A stretch of 52,617 bases of DNA from Basidiobolus meristosporus CBS 931.73 (taxonomy: Eukaryota; Fungi; Basidiobolomycota), in NCBI GenBank assembly GCA_002104905.1, contig MCFE01000616.1:1-52617 (forward strand), read 5' to 3'. The notes beneath the pieces are model-generated. The model worked only from the letters and a program-made list of their open reading frames with translations, made no database searches and was not told the origin of the DNA. How positions within the stretch are numbered: the first letter of the stretch is position 1; every line of letters starts with the position of its first letter. This document shows positions 49,111-52,617 of this stretch, one piece after another. The position numbers were made by a program, and so were the translations under genes.

Positions 49111-52100
49111 TTAGGGGGGAGACAGTCACCAACAGGTGAAATCTTTATTTCAGTTGAAACAAAGAAGCCAGCGCTACTGTTGTAGCTTTGATACAAGAGT
49201 GTGTAGCTGAGGGGAATTTGTAGGTAAGTTAATAAGAAGTGATGATAGTTCTTCAGTGCTCAAGACACTGTTCAGTGGGAAGGGGGGTAGCAAGAGAGGT
49301 AAGAATGCCTTGTGAACAACATTAATGAGGGGAATGTGATAAGGATTGATATTCATCATAAAGGGAGTATGCTGCTGCAGATATTGCTGCCAAAGGTCTG
49401 TCAAGTACTTCAGGTAGGCCAGCTTGGGTTTTTCTGACTGCAGAATATAGTGAGCAAACTTCTTGATGTCAGGATCTCCAAGTATAGTTCTCCAGCAGGA
49501 GTCAGGTGTTGTGTGGTGTGTTCTCTTCCAGGCCTTAATCAGTGGGTTGTTGCAGTTGTGAAGTCTGAGGTATAATCTGGTTCTAAGGTAGAGAAGTCTG
49601 ATCTTATAGGGCATAAACCCAAAAGCACCAAGAATAGCATGTCTGTAGGGGCATTCAGGCAAATGAGGCACCAAGGAGGTAATGCACCATACTGCAAACT
49701 TGTCAAGCTTAGTGCAGTCTCTAGAAGTAAGAAGAGAAGTGGTAAGCCAAATTCCAGGACAGGGAAGACAAACTGCTTGAGTAGAAGGAGGCAGCTGGGA
49801 GCTGAAGTTGTAGGAGGAGTAACAGCCAGTAGCTTGTGGAGTGCCTGTCTTGCCAGGATAATTCTCTTCTTCAGGTGTGCTCCAGAGTCTAGTCCAGTAG
49901 GAAGGAAAGGAAAGCCAAGATATGTAGCAGAAACCTGAGCAGGTAGAGTGGAGTTCTCCAAGTTGATGGGAGAGCCCAAAGGTACTGTCTTTGCAATGGA
50001 AAGCTGGAGATTATTCTTCTGCAGATACTGGTGGATGGTCTGGGAGTCTTGTTGCACATTGGAGGAGGATATTCTGATGTCATCAGCAAAGAGAGTAACC
50101 AGGCAGTCAGCTGAGAGTCTTGGGAAATCATTCAGGAAGATGGCAAACAGTATAGGACCAAGCACAGAGCCTTGAACCACTCCATTAGGAACTGAGAACA
50201 CAGCTGATTGCTCACTTGGGTGCAGAATTCTTGCTTGTGGATCCAGAAACAGAGACCTGACAAGGAGGGTGAGAGAGGTACTGGAGAAGCATTGCAACTT
50301 GGACCAAAGCAGATTTCTGTCAACTGAATCAAAGGCCTTAGTAATATCAAACAGAACAGAGGGATACTTGCACTGGAGAGAGTGATCTTGGCTAAGTATG
50401 ACTGCATATTCCAAGGAGAGGCCAGGAACAAAGCCAAACTGTGCAGGATGAAACTTGAGGGAGTCAGAGTAGAGCTCCTGAGCAAGCAGAAGCTCAAACA
50501 CCTTTCTGCAGGTGGGCAGCAGAGATATTGGCCTGTAGGAGCTAGGATCCAGGTGCTTTCCTTTACCCTTGTACAGTGGCAGAACATTTGCAAAGGACCA
50601 TTCCTCAGGAGTAGAAAGCTGGGCTGAGCATTGCTGAAACAGTGGAAGCAGAAGTGCAGACATGGCCTTGGTACTAGTCTTCAGAAGCTCATAGGAGATT
50701 GTGTCCACACCTGGAGCAGTAGAGTTGGGAAGCCTCTTGAGCACATTATGGATTCTCCTTTGATCAAGTGCAAGTGGGATAGGGCAGAGTCTTGAAGTCA
50801 GGATGAAAGCCAGGAGTTGAGTACTGCTTTGTAGAGAAGAAGATGTTAGCCAGCTGTTCTGTTGAAGGTAACTTCCTGGAAGAGGGCCTCATTGCCCTGT
50901 AGAGTCTTGATACTGTTCTTGTTATAGAGTTGGAAGATTGCAGAGGCAAGGAACTCATAATATGATCCCAGAGCTGAGTATGCAGAGTGTGGTGAATTGC
51001 CTTGGAGTGGTGTATTGCTGTCAGGAGGAGTTTCTCTGTTTTTGGGTTAGGGAAGCTCAGGTAGCTTTGTTGCAGGGCTGAAACAATGGATTCCCATTTT
51101 CTTGAGGTAACAGCAGTAGTCTTGCATGACAGTGAGAGGGAGGCAGACACCAGAATCAGATGCTTCACAAAGAGCCAGGCAAAGTTGAGATCATCTGGCA
51201 GAGAAAGTAGCAAACTGGCAAGCTTCAAGTAGTTCCCAAAGTCTTTCTTCTGATTCTTGGTAGCTTTGTGGGTGAGCACAGTAAGTTTTGGCAGCTTCTT
51301 CTTCACAACTGGTTGCATAGAAAGGGACCAGGCTGGGTGGTCAGAGGCTCTCAAGGATCCTAGCTCAGCTCCAGAGAATTGCTTAACTTCATTCACAAAG
51401 TAGAGGGCAGCAGCAGAAGGGCAGATCCAGTCAACACATCTTTTCTCAGATTGAGCACCTAGTGCTAGCAGGTGGCTTTCTCTCAGGAAGTTCAGTAGGA
51501 ATGTAGACCTTGGCTTCATTCTTGCAGTCAGAGTAGTCTTGTTCTCAGGATGGGGAATGTTGAGATCTCCAAGCAAGATAACAGGTGTTGATATAGATTG
51601 TTGGTATTGCTGAACCTTCTGGCATATAATTTGCACTTCCTGAAGGGCTAGACTTGGAGGCAGATAGCAGAGCACCAGACTGATAGTTGGCAACTGGAGA
51701 GCAGCACAGTAAGGGGAGTAAAGAGGAACACAGAGCTGAGGAGTATTGATGGTAGAAGAGATGAAGCAGATAGAGGAGGTATTCTTTGTTCTAGGAGTAG
51801 AGAAGCAATATTGATTAGTCAAAAGTATAGAGGGTAGCTGGACATCAATCAAGCACAGGAGGGAAAATCTTGAAAGAAGTCTCTCTAGAGTTGGTCTTGA
51901 TGGCTGTATGCTGTTGCAGTTAAGCAACAGAACTTCAGGTAGTCAGGCAGAGGTTGTAGCTTCTTCAGAGGCAGCATTAACAATGTGACCTGCAGAGTCC
52001 CAGAGCTCTTCAAATGGTGCATCACTTAAGTCAGCAAGGAGGGAAATGGCATGGTTCTTGAGGAAGTATGCCACATCATAGGAGGGGGCTTGTCTCTTGA

Positions 52101-52423
52101 TGGCAGCAAAGAAAGACAGAATGGCAACATGGGCTGGAGGCTTGTTGAACAGTAGAGAGTCAGAGGATTCAGATTCTTCAGGCACTATCTTGAAGTCAGT
52201 TTTCAGCCAGTTAAGGTTCTTCTCCACAAAGGCAACAAATGGGTCAGCAATGTTTTGGTCTAGAATAACCTCCAGAATCTTCCCTTTTCTCCAGGCCAGG
52301 TTAACAATTCTTGAGAGCTGAATATTGCATGCCTTGAGTGCTTTCCTGATGTTGGAAATGGGAGTCCAGGGAACTTGCTTCAAGTACACCACAGTCCAGG
52401 TAGAAGCTGGTGGTAGGTTTGCT
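49111..52423 (-). mobile_element. Non-LTR (LINE) retrotransposon copy 3, terminal, 5'-truncated inside ORF1 by the telomere
   Basis: ORF2 spans 49174-51942 (~920 codons) with no in-frame nonsense, only two single-base indels (~50780 and ~49730); ORF1 remnant at 51943-52423; APE GDLN intact. Confidence 0.96.
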
Positions 52424-52617
52424 TAGGGTTAGGGTTAGGGTTAGGGTTAGGGTTAGGGTTAGGGTTAGGGTTAGGGTTAGGGTTAGGGTTAGGGTTAGGG
52501 TTAGGGTTAGGGTTAGGTTAGGGTTAGGGTTAGGGTTAGGGTTAGGGTTAGGGTTAGGGTTAGGGTTAGGGTTAGGGTTAGGGTTAGGGTTAGGGTTAGG
52601 GTTAGGTTAGGTTAGGT
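52423..52617 (+). repeat. Telomeric repeat (TTAGGG)n, chromosome end
   Basis: About 32 tandem units running to the end of the window, G-rich strand 5'-3' toward the end; a few TTAGG variants (~52513 and the last three units). Confidence 0.98.

Noticed and set aside
49100-49130. AGTCAC inverted match between the two ends of LINE copy 2 as a TIR
   Set aside because: Only 6 bp, not terminal, and the element encodes an RT, not a transposase.
45153-52423. RIP as the cause of differences between LINE copies 2 and 3
   Set aside because: Differences include many transversions and indels with no dominant dinucleotide context; CpG loss is shared and therefore earlier.
52410-52610. ORF encoding VRVRVR.../LGLGLG...
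   Set aside because: Translation of the telomeric repeat; not a gene.
1-52617. tRNA, rRNA or other structured RNA genes
   Set aside because: None recognised by eye; tRNAscan-SE or Infernal would be needed to exclude them.

Overview
Right-hand end of a eukaryotic chromosome. It is most consistent with an early-diverging fungus (Mucoromycota/Zoopagomycota-like); this is an inference from the TTAGGG telomere, short GT-AG introns and a Rhizopus-type LDH. There are three compartments. (1) 1-~7.5 kb is a CpG-poor nest of decayed Ty1/copia pieces and an unclassified repeat. (2) ~8.3-40.5 kb is a CpG-rich gene island: GLUT-like sugar porter, ABHD13/Bem46-like hydrolase, SEY1, two paralogous receptor-like membrane proteins, AA5 copper radical oxidase, small secreted orphan, CBM9-like protein, beta-tubulin, OLA1, L-LDH, Pho80-like cyclin, ammonium transporter and two protein-identical AA11 LPMOs. 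(3) ~41.5 kb to the end is an almost CpG-free subtelomere ending in a head-to-tail array of APE-RT LINEs capped by (TTAGGG)n. The LINE array is the strongest candidate for a new system. All three copies have their 5' ends pointing to the telomere and no poly(A) tail. Each 3' end, after a short hairpin, abuts a (T)TAGGG telomeric motif. ORF1 and an ATG-less ORF2 are in one frame, separated only by UGA in the readthrough-prone context UGA-CUA. The terminal copy has one CpG in about 3.3 kb and was cut inside ORF1 and healed with telomere repeats. Caveats: single-base insertions in conserved genes (beta-tubulin x2, ABHD13 x1) suggest uncorrected assembly indels, and all counts are hand counts.
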